Part shown: positions 9,432 through 17,767 of the stretch, piece by piece
Position numbering within the stretch: position 1 is the first letter of the stretch
Layout: every line of letters starts with the position of its first letter
Source: a virus
IMG/VR virus record: IMGVR_UViG_3300013118_000772
Length of the DNA: 64,000 nt
Strand: one strand, 5' to 3'
Program-made: the position numbers and the translations under genes
The notes under the pieces: model-generated
Databases searched by the model: none
What the model was told of the DNA's origin: nothing
The model's input: only the letters and a program-made list of their open reading frames with translations

Positions 9432-9805
9432 CTTAATCCTTTTTCTAATAAAAAATTTATTATATCATCCAAACCTTCGAAAATTATACTTGAATAATTT
9501 ATTAACCATGGACTTCTCCATTCATCATGAACAAAAACATAAACTTTCTTTCTCAAGCTTTTGGCATAAAACATTTCCATTGCTGTACCCCAACCAGGTT
9601 TTGTTCCGTCAACAATTAAAATATTGGATTGTCTAATATGTTTTCTATCTTTATTAACAATAGCTCTATGTTTACCTTCTTGATATTTATAATCCATTGG
9701 ATTTATTATTTTAAATTTTTTTCTAAGTTTAATTTTAACTCTTCTTCTCCAACTTTCCCTGAAGGGATCACCATCAAGAGTTCCACTGAGATATATTGTT
9801 TTCAT
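9428..9805 (-). CDS. Nucleoside 2-deoxyribosyltransferase / Rcl(DNPH1)-like protein
   Basis: N-terminal IYLSGTL and central LIVDGTKPGWGTAMEMFYA resemble NDT/Rcl family signatures (YLAGP...D-G-T-x-x-E-x-G-x-A); 125 aa. Confidence 0.4.
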   Translation of the reverse strand: MKTIYLSGTLDGDPFRESWRRRVKIKLRKKFKIINPMDYKYQEGKHRAIVNKDRKHIRQSNILIVDGTKPGWGTAMEMFYAKSLRKKVYVFVHDEWRSPWLINYSSIIFEGLDDIINFLLEKGLR

Positions 9806-9874
9806 TAATCCTCACCTACATCTACTGACATAATATTTCCATAATCATCTTCTACAAAGATAATATTTGGGTAG

Positions 9875-10474
9875 TTATCTTCCATTATGAACCCCATTAG
9901 CAAATCTTAAAAATTCCGCTCTTGTTTCTAAATTGTCTTTAAACGCTCCTCTTAGTTCAATTGTGGTCATATATCCCTCTTTTTTAACTCCTCTTATTGA
10001 TTTGCATAAATGTTTTGCTTTTAAAACCAATGCCATGCCATACGGTTGATTATTTTTTCCATTACTCAACTCTTGCCATAAGTAATCTAAAATATCTTTT
10101 GCTAATCGTTCTTGTATTTGTAATCTAGCTGAAAAATAATCTACTACTCTTGCAACTTTACTCAACCCCAATAATTTTCCATTAGAATTTGGTAAATAAG
10201 CAAAATAATAATTCCCTAAAAACCCAATAATATGATGCTCACAAAAGCTATTAAAATTTCCTTCGTCCATAATCATTTGATCATATGTTACACCATCTTT
10301 TCCATTTCTGAATGTAGTTACTTTTGGTAGTTGTTTTGGATCATATCCTCTAAATATTTCTTTCCACATATTAACTACTCTTTTAGGTGTATCTTTTAAA
10401 CCTTCACGATTTGGGTCTTCGCCTATAAACTCTAACATGCTTCTAACAATCCACCTCATATTATCTTCATCCAT
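9875..10474 (-). CDS. folE: GTP cyclohydrolase I
   Basis: FCEHHIIGFLG and LLGLSKVARVVDYFSARLQIQERL match FolE core; 199 aa. Confidence 0.8.
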   Translation of the reverse strand: MDEDNMRWIVRSMLEFIGEDPNREGLKDTPKRVVNMWKEIFRGYDPKQLPKVTTFRNGKDGVTYDQMIMDEGNFNSFCEHHIIGFLGNYYFAYLPNSNGKLLGLSKVARVVDYFSARLQIQERLAKDILDYLWQELSNGKNNQPYGMALVLKAKHLCKSIRGVKKEGYMTTIELRGAFKDNLETRAEFLRFANGVHNGR

Positions 10475-11092
10475 TTATTTTCCCCTCCGTTTAACTCCCC
10501 ATACATCTACATGTAATCTTGGGCTATATCTTATTTTATGTTTGATACAAAAATCCCAAACTTTTCTTGATATTTTTTTATTTTTTTCTTTATCAGATGT
10601 AGTCAATGGCATTAATAATGATGCTTTTTTTGCCATTTCTTTATTAACTTTATCCAGATCAGATGCTATTTTAATATCATAAAAATATCCAAGCCAAAAA
10701 TTATTATAACTCATTAATTGCATCACTCGATTTAATGTATTTGCATCTTTTGGAGATACGCTAATATAATCAAAATAAGATAATTTATCCCTAGTTAATA
10801 AATCTCCATTAGTTTCTAAATGATGACTAAAACTAGGGAGCTGGCTAATTATTTGTGTCATTTCTATAAACTGTAAAAGTCCCTCACCTCCAGTCCAAAC
10901 TACTGTATCTGTCCCTGATTTTTTTATAGTATTGATAATTTTTTTAATGTTAATTTCATCTCCTTCTTTATGATATTTTGTATCACACCAAGAACATGAT
11001 CTGTTACAGCCGCTTAACCGAATAAAAATAGCTGGAATTCCTACAAATTTTCCTTCGCCTTGTAATGAGACAAACATTTCGTTGATTTTCAT
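10475..11092 (-). CDS. queE: 7-carboxy-7-deazaguanine synthase (radical SAM)
   Basis: N-terminal MFVSLQGEG and radical SAM cluster CNRSCSWCDT; 205 aa. Confidence 0.85.
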   Translation of the reverse strand: MKINEMFVSLQGEGKFVGIPAIFIRLSGCNRSCSWCDTKYHKEGDEINIKKIINTIKKSGTDTVVWTGGEGLLQFIEMTQIISQLPSFSHHLETNGDLLTRDKLSYFDYISVSPKDANTLNRVMQLMSYNNFWLGYFYDIKIASDLDKVNKEMAKKASLLMPLTTSDKEKNKKISRKVWDFCIKHKIRYSPRLHVDVWGVKRRGK

Positions 11093-11328
11093 TTCTTTTT
11101 ACCTTTATCCGGGTTAGTCCTATCCCTGGTTATAGTAGTTATGTGCTTTATAATTATCTTCCTTTTGTCAGTCATAATAACAATATTTAAATGATTAAAG
11201 TTCATGCCTCTTATTTTACCTTTAATAGATATTACTTCTTTCCCTTCAAGATATTTAACTTCACATTCCTTACCAATGAATCTTTTTATCTCATCTAAAT
11301 ACGGGTTAACTTCTTTTCCCTTCATCAT
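11089..11328 (-). CDS. Hypothetical small basic protein, possibly Sm-like fold
   Basis: 79 aa; GKIRGMNFNHLNIVIMTD loosely resembles an Sm1 motif; lies between queE and queD. Confidence 0.25.
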   Translation of the reverse strand: MMKGKEVNPYLDEIKRFIGKECEVKYLEGKEVISIKGKIRGMNFNHLNIVIMTDKRKIIIKHITTITRDRTNPDKGKKK

Positions 11329-11770
11329 TTATATTCACCTCTGCATAACAAGTTGGAGTTTCATATAGTCTTATTCTTGAAAGTTTTAAATGCCTCGGTA
11401 GATTTATATCTAAAACATCAAATATATAATTAACCATATTTTCAGCAGTAACATTTTCTTTTAATCTTAATACTTTCTGATCAATTTTTTCTTCCAAATA
11501 TTTAGCAATATCTTCGTCTACGATAGATAAACTATTTATAATTAATGCATGATCAAATTTATCTACTACATATTCTTTAACTACTTCCTTAAAATCTCCA
11601 AAATCTATTACCATTCCATCATCTGATTCAAAAAATTTAAATTTATCTTGTATCAATCCCATTACTTCTACTTCTAATAAATAACTATGTCCATGAATTG
11701 ACCTACATTTTCCTTTATGGTTAACTAATCTATGTGCACATTCCCATCTAAATATTTTACATATTTTCAT
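11306..11770 (-). CDS. queD: 6-carboxy-5,6,7,8-tetrahydropterin synthase
   Basis: CAHRLVNHKGKCRSIHGHSY (Cx-HGH zinc motif); ORF-track start at 11869 is probably an over-extension; likely start MKICKIFRWECAHR. Confidence 0.8.
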   Translation of the reverse strand: MKICKIFRWECAHRLVNHKGKCRSIHGHSYLLEVEVMGLIQDKFKFFESDDGMVIDFGDFKEVVKEYVVDKFDHALIINSLSIVDEDIAKYLEEKIDQKVLRLKENVTAENMVNYIFDVLDINLPRHLKLSRIRLYETPTCYAEVNINDEGKRS

Positions 11771-11975
11771 TTTTATCCCTCTTATAATGTTCTGAAAAAA
11801 TTGCTTTATGATGAGCTTTTGAATGTTTATTGCATTCATTACATTGATATTTCCAATGATAATTATCAATACAATCTTGTCTTAATGTAAGAAATGTTTT
11901 TTTATTTTGACAATCATCACATCTGCCAAATAATCTAATTCCTAATAAATGTAATGTAACCATTTTATTCATCAA
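11757..11975 (-). CDS. Zinc-finger protein (72 aa)
   Basis: CDDCQNKK...CNECNKH Cys pairs; overlaps only the doubtful 5' extension of queD. Confidence 0.3.
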   Translation of the reverse strand: MMNKMVTLHLLGIRLFGRCDDCQNKKTFLTLRQDCIDNYHWKYQCNECNKHSKAHHKAIFSEHYKRDKNENM

Positions 11976-12792
11976 CTACTCCGGTAACCATATATCTTAC
12001 TGATATATCTTGTTCCTCTTTTAATACCCATAACGCGCTATTTGGAGCAGTATAAATCTTTACATCTCCTTTTAAAGCGGAGAATATATTTTCAAATCCA
12101 TAAGCATACTTATTGTTTAGTTCTATTGAATCAATTTCTGCTGGTATGATAGACTTAATCATTCCCATATTGGTTTTAAGACTCCCAACTTCTACTTTTA
12201 AAATTTTTTGACCGTTTTTATCTTCTATTGAAAATGGATAATATGAAGATCCTACTACTTTGCTGTCTGCTATTATTTCCATAAAATCTTCTGCTTTAAC
12301 ATTTATTGTATTGTCTAATCTTGTACTTTCCTTTCCTTCCTGTATAGCAACTAAGCTTTTCCCATTATCTTTAAATTGCCAAATTTTATTCAATAATTCA
12401 GCTACTTTATAAGTTTCTATATTATCCTTTGCAACTGTTATTATTTTAACTAACTTAGGTGGATCATTTCTTTGTATTCTTATAATAGCATCATTTTGAT
12501 AAATCAACACCTTATCCTTTGGCTTAAAACGAGATAGATATTTCATAAAACTTTCAATATCTCCAATTGTAATAGTTCCTGGTTCTAAAACTGTAGCATT
12601 CATTCTAACATTTACAAATAATTTATTAGTTTCGTCAATTGCATTAGTTTCTATATAATTATTTAAAAGATTAATTACACATTCTTTAACTACATTTGAT
12701 GATACTTTTCCTTCTTCTGTCTCTCCTCTACATGCTACTAAATCTATGAATTTATTAAATTTTGAAATTTCTATCTCTATCTTTGCCATCAT
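11965..12792 (-). CDS. Possible sliding clamp (PCNA-like), weak
   Basis: 275 aa, size and two-half architecture compatible with PCNA, C-terminal ALWVLKEEQDISVRYMVTG resembles PCNA C-terminal strand; next to other replisome genes; no strong motif. Confidence 0.3.
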   Translation of the reverse strand: MMAKIEIEISKFNKFIDLVACRGETEEGKVSSNVVKECVINLLNNYIETNAIDETNKLFVNVRMNATVLEPGTITIGDIESFMKYLSRFKPKDKVLIYQNDAIIRIQRNDPPKLVKIITVAKDNIETYKVAELLNKIWQFKDNGKSLVAIQEGKESTRLDNTINVKAEDFMEIIADSKVVGSSYYPFSIEDKNGQKILKVEVGSLKTNMGMIKSIIPAEIDSIELNNKYAYGFENIFSALKGDVKIYTAPNSALWVLKEEQDISVRYMVTGVVDE

Positions 12793-12797
12793 TTCAC

Positions 12798-13640
12798 CTA
12801 CTTCTTTATTGGAATATCACCAAGAATTATACTAGGTTTTATTCCTTTTTCTGTTACTAAAATTTTAGTATTATTTTCTAATGATGCTTGTGTCACCCTT
12901 AATTGTTCAAGTTTTTGTGATCTGCCTTTAAATGATTTTTCAATCAAATCAAAAGCTTTTGCCTGACCTTCCGCTTTTAGAATTGAAGCTTGTTTATTCC
13001 CTTCCGCTTTTTTAATTTCAGCTCTTCTCATTCCATCTGCTTCTGTTTCAAGAGCATTTGCTGTATCCAATGCTGCAATCTTCTTTTGTTCTGCTTTAAC
13101 TACTTCATTCATTGCGTTTTGAACATCTTGTGGAGGCTCAATTTTTTGAAGTTCAACTCTTAAAACTTCAACTCCATAAGTTTCTGTTTCTTTATCTAAT
13201 ACTTTTTCTACTTTATTATTTATTTCTGCTCTTTCCTCGTTGGCTTGGGCTAATGTCATTGTTCCTATAACCGATCTCAATGTTGTTCTTGATAAAGAAA
13301 TAAGCTGTTCCTCATAATGATCTACTTGGTATATAGCTTTTTTAATATCATTTATTTTATAATATACTACTGCATCAACTACTGCATTTAATTTATCTTT
13401 TGTAATAACAGTTTGAGGTCTAATATCCACCATATTTTCAGTTATATTAACCATAATACTCTTATCTGCTATTGGTATTACATATTTAAATCCCGAATCT
13501 TCTAGCTTTTTAAATTTACCCCATCTTTCTACTAACATTTTTTCTACAGGTCTGACTATTCTAATTCCACTTACAATAACTGCTACACCAAATCCTCCTA
13601 AAATATATGGAAAAAAACTACTTACCATTCCCATTTTCAT
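12798..13640 (-). CDS. SPFH/band-7 (stomatin/prohibitin-like) membrane protein
   Basis: N-terminal TM helix, SPFH core, Ala/Glu/Lys-rich coiled coil EADGMRRAEIKKAEGNKQASILKAEGQAKA typical of HflC/K-stomatin family. Confidence 0.7.
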   Translation of the reverse strand: MKMGMVSSFFPYILGGFGVAVIVSGIRIVRPVEKMLVERWGKFKKLEDSGFKYVIPIADKSIMVNITENMVDIRPQTVITKDKLNAVVDAVVYYKINDIKKAIYQVDHYEEQLISLSRTTLRSVIGTMTLAQANEERAEINNKVEKVLDKETETYGVEVLRVELQKIEPPQDVQNAMNEVVKAEQKKIAALDTANALETEADGMRRAEIKKAEGNKQASILKAEGQAKAFDLIEKSFKGRSQKLEQLRVTQASLENNTKILVTEKGIKPSIILGDIPIKK

Positions 13641-13679
13641 TCACCTTTTCTTTCTTTTTAATTTTTCTTTTAACTATTT

Positions 13680-13877
13680 TTAACATTTATAACTACCTCC
13701 TAAAATTTTCTTACATTCAGGACAACCCAATAATATCGCGCGATCATATTCCCTGTCATTACTAAACGCCTCTACAAATAAAATTGTATCTGTTTCTAGA
13801 TTACAGAAAGGACATTTTAATTTAATTTTTTCTGTCTGAATATCTTTTATTTTTTCTTTATTAACAAATAAACTCAT
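13680..13877 (-). CDS. Zinc-ribbon protein (65 aa)
   Basis: CPFC ... CPEC. Confidence 0.35.
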   Translation of the reverse strand: MSLFVNKEKIKDIQTEKIKLKCPFCNLETDTILFVEAFSNDREYDRAILLGCPECKKILGGSYKC

Positions 13878-13886
13878 TCTCTCACC

Positions 13887-14114
13887 TCAATAATATGTTT
13901 CATAAAATTTGCCAATTTCCCCAATACATTTACATGATTTACATTTTAAAGTTTTACTTATCTCTTTTATTAATTTACCTTTATCTATATCATATCTTCC
14001 TGTATAACTACAATTACCACATTGAAGATCAACTCTATAAATGTCGGATGGAACTATCCCAAAAAAGTCTTGTAACTTTTCTAAAAATTTCATTCCTTTT
14101 CCTCTTTTTGCCAA
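13887..14114 (-). CDS. Zinc-finger protein (75 aa)
   Basis: CGNC ... CKSCKC. Confidence 0.35.
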   Translation of the reverse strand: MAKRGKGMKFLEKLQDFFGIVPSDIYRVDLQCGNCSYTGRYDIDKGKLIKEISKTLKCKSCKCIGEIGKFYETYY

Positions 14115-15007
14115 ATTGTATTGTCCTTACTAAATCTCAATCCATTCCACTTGGCAGTGGTTCCATTCTTATCATGTCTAATCTCAGCGACGGTATAAAT
14201 TTTTCCTTCCAACGCAATATTGGTTTTACTTTTTTCTATTTCAGCTTTAAGATAAACTGTTCTACCTCCAGATTTATCTTCTTTAATTTCTCTAAAACAT
14301 CTCACACGTTGATATAACATATCCGGTGTTTTTTTCTGCCAATCAGGAATCATATTTCCATCTTCATCATGTTTCATATGTGTTATGAAGAATCGATCAA
14401 GATCCATTAATTTAATTTGCTCAAGTATATCCATGTATTTTTTATTTCTATTTTTCCAATATCTATAATCTATTCCGGAAGTAACATCTTTATTTAACTC
14501 CTCTCGCATGCTATATTCACATATCTTCAAAAATTTATCTAATCCATCAAATATAATAGCCTTAATTTTTAGTTCTTCCATATTTCTTTCTATATAATCC
14601 AAAGCCGCTTTTAATTTAGCAAAAGTAGCTTCATAATCTACATTTTTTACTTCATTTCTTACAAGTGGATTTTTAATAATTATATTTGGATCATTGTCAT
14701 GAAATATAACCTTTAAAGGCGCACAACCTCCATCTAAGTCAAAAATAACTATTTTCATTCCATCTTTTATTTCCTGTTCAGTACGACAATCCATAGCTAT
14801 TCCAGACTTTGCTGTTCCATCATATCCATATAAAGCACAGCATATATTGGAGGATGATTTTTCTATCTTTCCAAATAGCCAATCTTTTATTTTATTATCA
14901 TCATATATGGTTTTTCTTAATTTTTCAATTCTTTCATCACTATTTTTATCTTCTGTCTTTTTTGCTTCCTGACTTACTAAATTATCCCAATCTGACATTT
15001 GCATCAC
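14090..15007 (-). CDS. Hypothetical protein with degenerate P-loop-like motif
   Basis: 305 aa; GYDGTAKSG and hhhhD segments KIVIFDLDG / AIIFDGLDK suggest a RecA/AAA-like NTPase but with non-canonical Walker A. Confidence 0.4.
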   Translation of the reverse strand: MMQMSDWDNLVSQEAKKTEDKNSDERIEKLRKTIYDDNKIKDWLFGKIEKSSSNICCALYGYDGTAKSGIAMDCRTEQEIKDGMKIVIFDLDGGCAPLKVIFHDNDPNIIIKNPLVRNEVKNVDYEATFAKLKAALDYIERNMEELKIKAIIFDGLDKFLKICEYSMREELNKDVTSGIDYRYWKNRNKKYMDILEQIKLMDLDRFFITHMKHDEDGNMIPDWQKKTPDMLYQRVRCFREIKEDKSGGRTVYLKAEIEKSKTNIALEGKIYTVAEIRHDKNGTTAKWNGLRFSKDNTIWQKEEKE

Positions 15008-15009
15008 CT

Positions 15010-16260
15010 CTAAAATGGATCCTCATCCATTATAACTTCTTTTTTCTTAGGAACTTCTCGAACTACTTCTTTTACTTCTGGAGTTTTTTGTACGGGTGTT
15101 TCTTCTTTTGGTTTTTCTTTATTATCATCCATTAATAATTCCTTTTCTGTCATCTTTTTTACTTCAACCCTTGGAAATTTCCAATCGGGATAGGCAAATA
15201 AGCCGCTGGTGAATAATATCAATCTAATATCTCCATCATCACCAGGAGGGGGTAACCAGGGGCGGCCTATTGCCATCACTTTACTATTTTGGGCAAAATC
15301 AATAGACTTTTCTAATTCTTTATCTGCTAAGCATAAAACATTAGCATCATCTACTGAGTCAGATGTGCTACATAAATGAACTTTTATTCTATTTTTATTA
15401 TCAGGCATAAAATTCTGATAAACACATAGCGCATCAGGTATAACTATTATGTTATTAAATTTATCAGGCATTGGACTAGAATCAGGATTTGATTTCTTCT
15501 TTTCAATCCAATTATTAATTTCTTCCCATGTAGTCATATTGTCTTTCAAATAATTAGTAATTAGACCAGTTATACCTAATTTTTTAATTCCTTCTTCCAT
15601 ATATTCATTTGTCGTGGGTAAGAACTCTGTTCTATTTGAATATAGTTCATATATATTAGAATTATCTTCACTATTATTCATAGCTTTAAATGTAGTTATT
15701 TGACCTTTCTTTAAATCGCCACCACACGCATCTCCATCTAACCTTAAAGTAAATCCCTTTACTGATTCTTCATTTACAGGACTACAAACACCATATACAT
15801 TTTGAGTCATGCTTCTATCAGAAGTAGGCATATCTTGTCCTGCCATTTTACTTGGCTGACCATTAATTTTTAATTTAGGCCATAGAGGTATAATTTCACC
15901 TTGTTCTTCTCTTACTATTCCATTATCAAAAACATCTTGAAGAATTGAATTATCACCAGTTTGTTCTGATCTATCCTTCGCTTTATTATATTTATCTAAT
16001 TGATTATTTCTAATATTAAATAATGGATCTCTTGGCTCATCATTTCCAATAATCACTCCAAAAAAAGAAACAGCTCTACTTAAAAATTGACGCTTATAAT
16101 CTATTTTTAGTCTTAATTTTGATTTAGCATTAATATCTTCTTCTTTTTGATTAGGAAATAAACTTTTCATTTCCTGCTTAACTTCCTCAAATTTCTTTTC
16201 CAATTCATTGACCGGCACATTTAATTTCACTGACCATTCTTTTAGAAATTTATTATCCAT
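15010..16260 (-). CDS. Hypothetical protein (416 aa), acidic C-terminal tail
   Basis: Long ORF co-directional and abutting neighbors; no recognizable motif. Confidence 0.4.
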   Translation of the reverse strand: MDNKFLKEWSVKLNVPVNELEKKFEEVKQEMKSLFPNQKEEDINAKSKLRLKIDYKRQFLSRAVSFFGVIIGNDEPRDPLFNIRNNQLDKYNKAKDRSEQTGDNSILQDVFDNGIVREEQGEIIPLWPKLKINGQPSKMAGQDMPTSDRSMTQNVYGVCSPVNEESVKGFTLRLDGDACGGDLKKGQITTFKAMNNSEDNSNIYELYSNRTEFLPTTNEYMEEGIKKLGITGLITNYLKDNMTTWEEINNWIEKKKSNPDSSPMPDKFNNIIVIPDALCVYQNFMPDNKNRIKVHLCSTSDSVDDANVLCLADKELEKSIDFAQNSKVMAIGRPWLPPPGDDGDIRLILFTSGLFAYPDWKFPRVEVKKMTEKELLMDDNKEKPKEETPVQKTPEVKEVVREVPKKKEVIMDEDPF

Positions 16261-16441
16261 TTTTAATTTCCTCCACTTTTTCTGGCTTTATTAATGTCTC
16301 TTTTTTATCTATTTTACCTTTAAATTCAAGAACAATATCCTCTTGTGCTTTTATTCCATATTTATTTCGAATATCAGATAGAATAGTAACTTGATTAATG
16401 TCATTTACTTTTGCTCTGAATTCTGTTTCTTTTAATTTCAT
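16253..16441 (-). CDS. Hypothetical small protein (62 aa), first gene of minus-strand block
   Basis: ORF with stop-start overlap to downstream gene; SD-like GGAGGA upstream on minus strand. Confidence 0.3.
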   Translation of the reverse strand: MKLKETEFRAKVNDINQVTILSDIRNKYGIKAQEDIVLEFKGKIDKKETLIKPEKVEEIKNG

Positions 16442-16544
16442 TTACATTCCTCCTAATTTAGAACTTTTAGAATTACTTTTTGCCATAAAATAAATTAAAT
16501 TAATGTTATATTTAAATTTATTGTATTCAGGTATATACCTCAAC

Positions 16545-16568
16545 TAAATCATTAAATCACTAAATCAT
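16545..16568. repeat. Tandem 8-bp repeat TAAATCAT/TAAATCAC/TAAATCAT in divergent promoter region
   Basis: Direct reading of the 16441-16718 intergenic spacer. Confidence 0.6.
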
Positions 16569-16718
16569 TAAAAAAACAATAAATTTAAATAGTTGATTAA
16601 TTTTAAATAAAATTAGGATAAAAAATGAGAAATAAGAAATCAAATCTAGAAAATCACAATAATAATATTAATAATAATCTATTTTATAATAGGTCAAAAA
16701 TGACAAGGAGGACAGTAA

Positions 16719-17756
16719 ATGCAATTAAAATTAATATTTGGTAAAACAGGAGTAGGAAAGACACATTATGTAATTGAATGGTCTAATATTAATAATAAAA
16801 ATCTAAGAATAGTTAATCCTTATGATTTTAACAAAAAAAGTAATCCATTTACAATTTTATTAAACAGAGATATTTCCGGAAAAGAGATAATATATCTTTT
16901 TGATGATATAGATTGCATGAGTAAAAAAATACAAAATGATTTAATTAAACTAGTAGAACTGGATAAAGGTAAAGACATAGTAATTTTTCTAACTGCAACC
17001 AATCCAAAAAAAATAAAGAAAGAACTACAAAGATTATGTAGCATAATGACAATTAATCCTAAATCTAAAGATGAGATTAAAGAAATTTTAAGAAAGAAAT
17101 TTTCAAATAATATGGGAAAATCATCAGAAGTATTTGAAGAAATAATAGAATTTTCATCATCTAAATGTCATAGTGATTTAAGAAAAGCGTTTCAATTAAC
17201 TATGTATCAAAAATCAACAGCATACGATGCAAATAAATTGGAACATGACAATTTAGAAGCTATCAAATTAATTTTATATGAAGAAGATAGATATTTAGTA
17301 TATAATTATATAAGGCAGCTTTCTATTAGTGGTTTATATGTATGGCTTTATGAGACATTTTCAAATAGTCAAAATGAAAAAATGATATATATGTTAAAAG
17401 AAATGGACAAAGTTTTATATAATACCAAAAAAGATTATATATATTCATTTTTAGCTTTTTCATTGACAGTTCAAAAAGAAAAGATGATAATAAAACTTCC
17501 TAATAAAAATAAATTAAATGAAATAGAATCAAGCATAATTAATAAAATAAAAAACGAATATAAATGTTCGAAGAAAGAATGTTTGATGTACCTTAACTTA
17601 ATAAAGACATTAAAAGAAAATAAAAAATTCATGGAACCTTTATCAAAAAGACTTTCATTGAATAAGAAAGAAAGAAACTTTCTAGGATTGGAAGAAAAAA
17701 TTATAATTAAAGAAAGAAGAAAGATTGTAAAAACTAATACCTTATTAAACTATTAG
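16719..17756 (+). CDS. AAA+ ATPase, clamp-loader/RFC-like or initiator-like
   Basis: Walker A GKTGVGKT, Walker B YLFDDID; no SRC motif; 345 aa. Confidence 0.5.
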   Translation: MQLKLIFGKTGVGKTHYVIEWSNINNKNLRIVNPYDFNKKSNPFTILLNRDISGKEIIYLFDDIDCMSKKIQNDLIKLVELDKGKDIVIFLTATNPKKIKKELQRLCSIMTINPKSKDEIKEILRKKFSNNMGKSSEVFEEIIEFSSSKCHSDLRKAFQLTMYQKSTAYDANKLEHDNLEAIKLILYEEDRYLVYNYIRQLSISGLYVWLYETFSNSQNEKMIYMLKEMDKVLYNTKKDYIYSFLAFSLTVQKEKMIIKLPNKNKLNEIESSIINKIKNEYKCSKKECLMYLNLIKTLKENKKFMEPLSKRLSLNKKERNFLGLEEKIIIKERRKIVKTNTLLNY

Positions 17757-17767
17757 GTGAAAGAAAA

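Noticed and set aside
11306-11869. Long QueD form (187 aa) starting at 11869
   Set aside because: The 33-aa N-terminal extension is low-complexity (MIIIIGNINVMNAINIQ...) and overlaps a Cys-rich ORF; QueD homologs start at the equivalent of MKICKIFRWECAHR, so the internal Met at about 11770 is preferred.
551-15135. Plus-strand ORFs of 60-140 aa lying inside minus-strand genes (551..850, 1757..1987, 2530..2742, 2640..2831, 5661..5873, 6078..6284, 6934..7212, 8382..8576, 8957..9178, 10437..10682, 13895..14317, 14809..15135)
   Set aside because: Antisense to long ORFs with strong motif support; low-complexity Phe/Leu/Ile-rich translations typical of AT-rich antisense frames; no SD.
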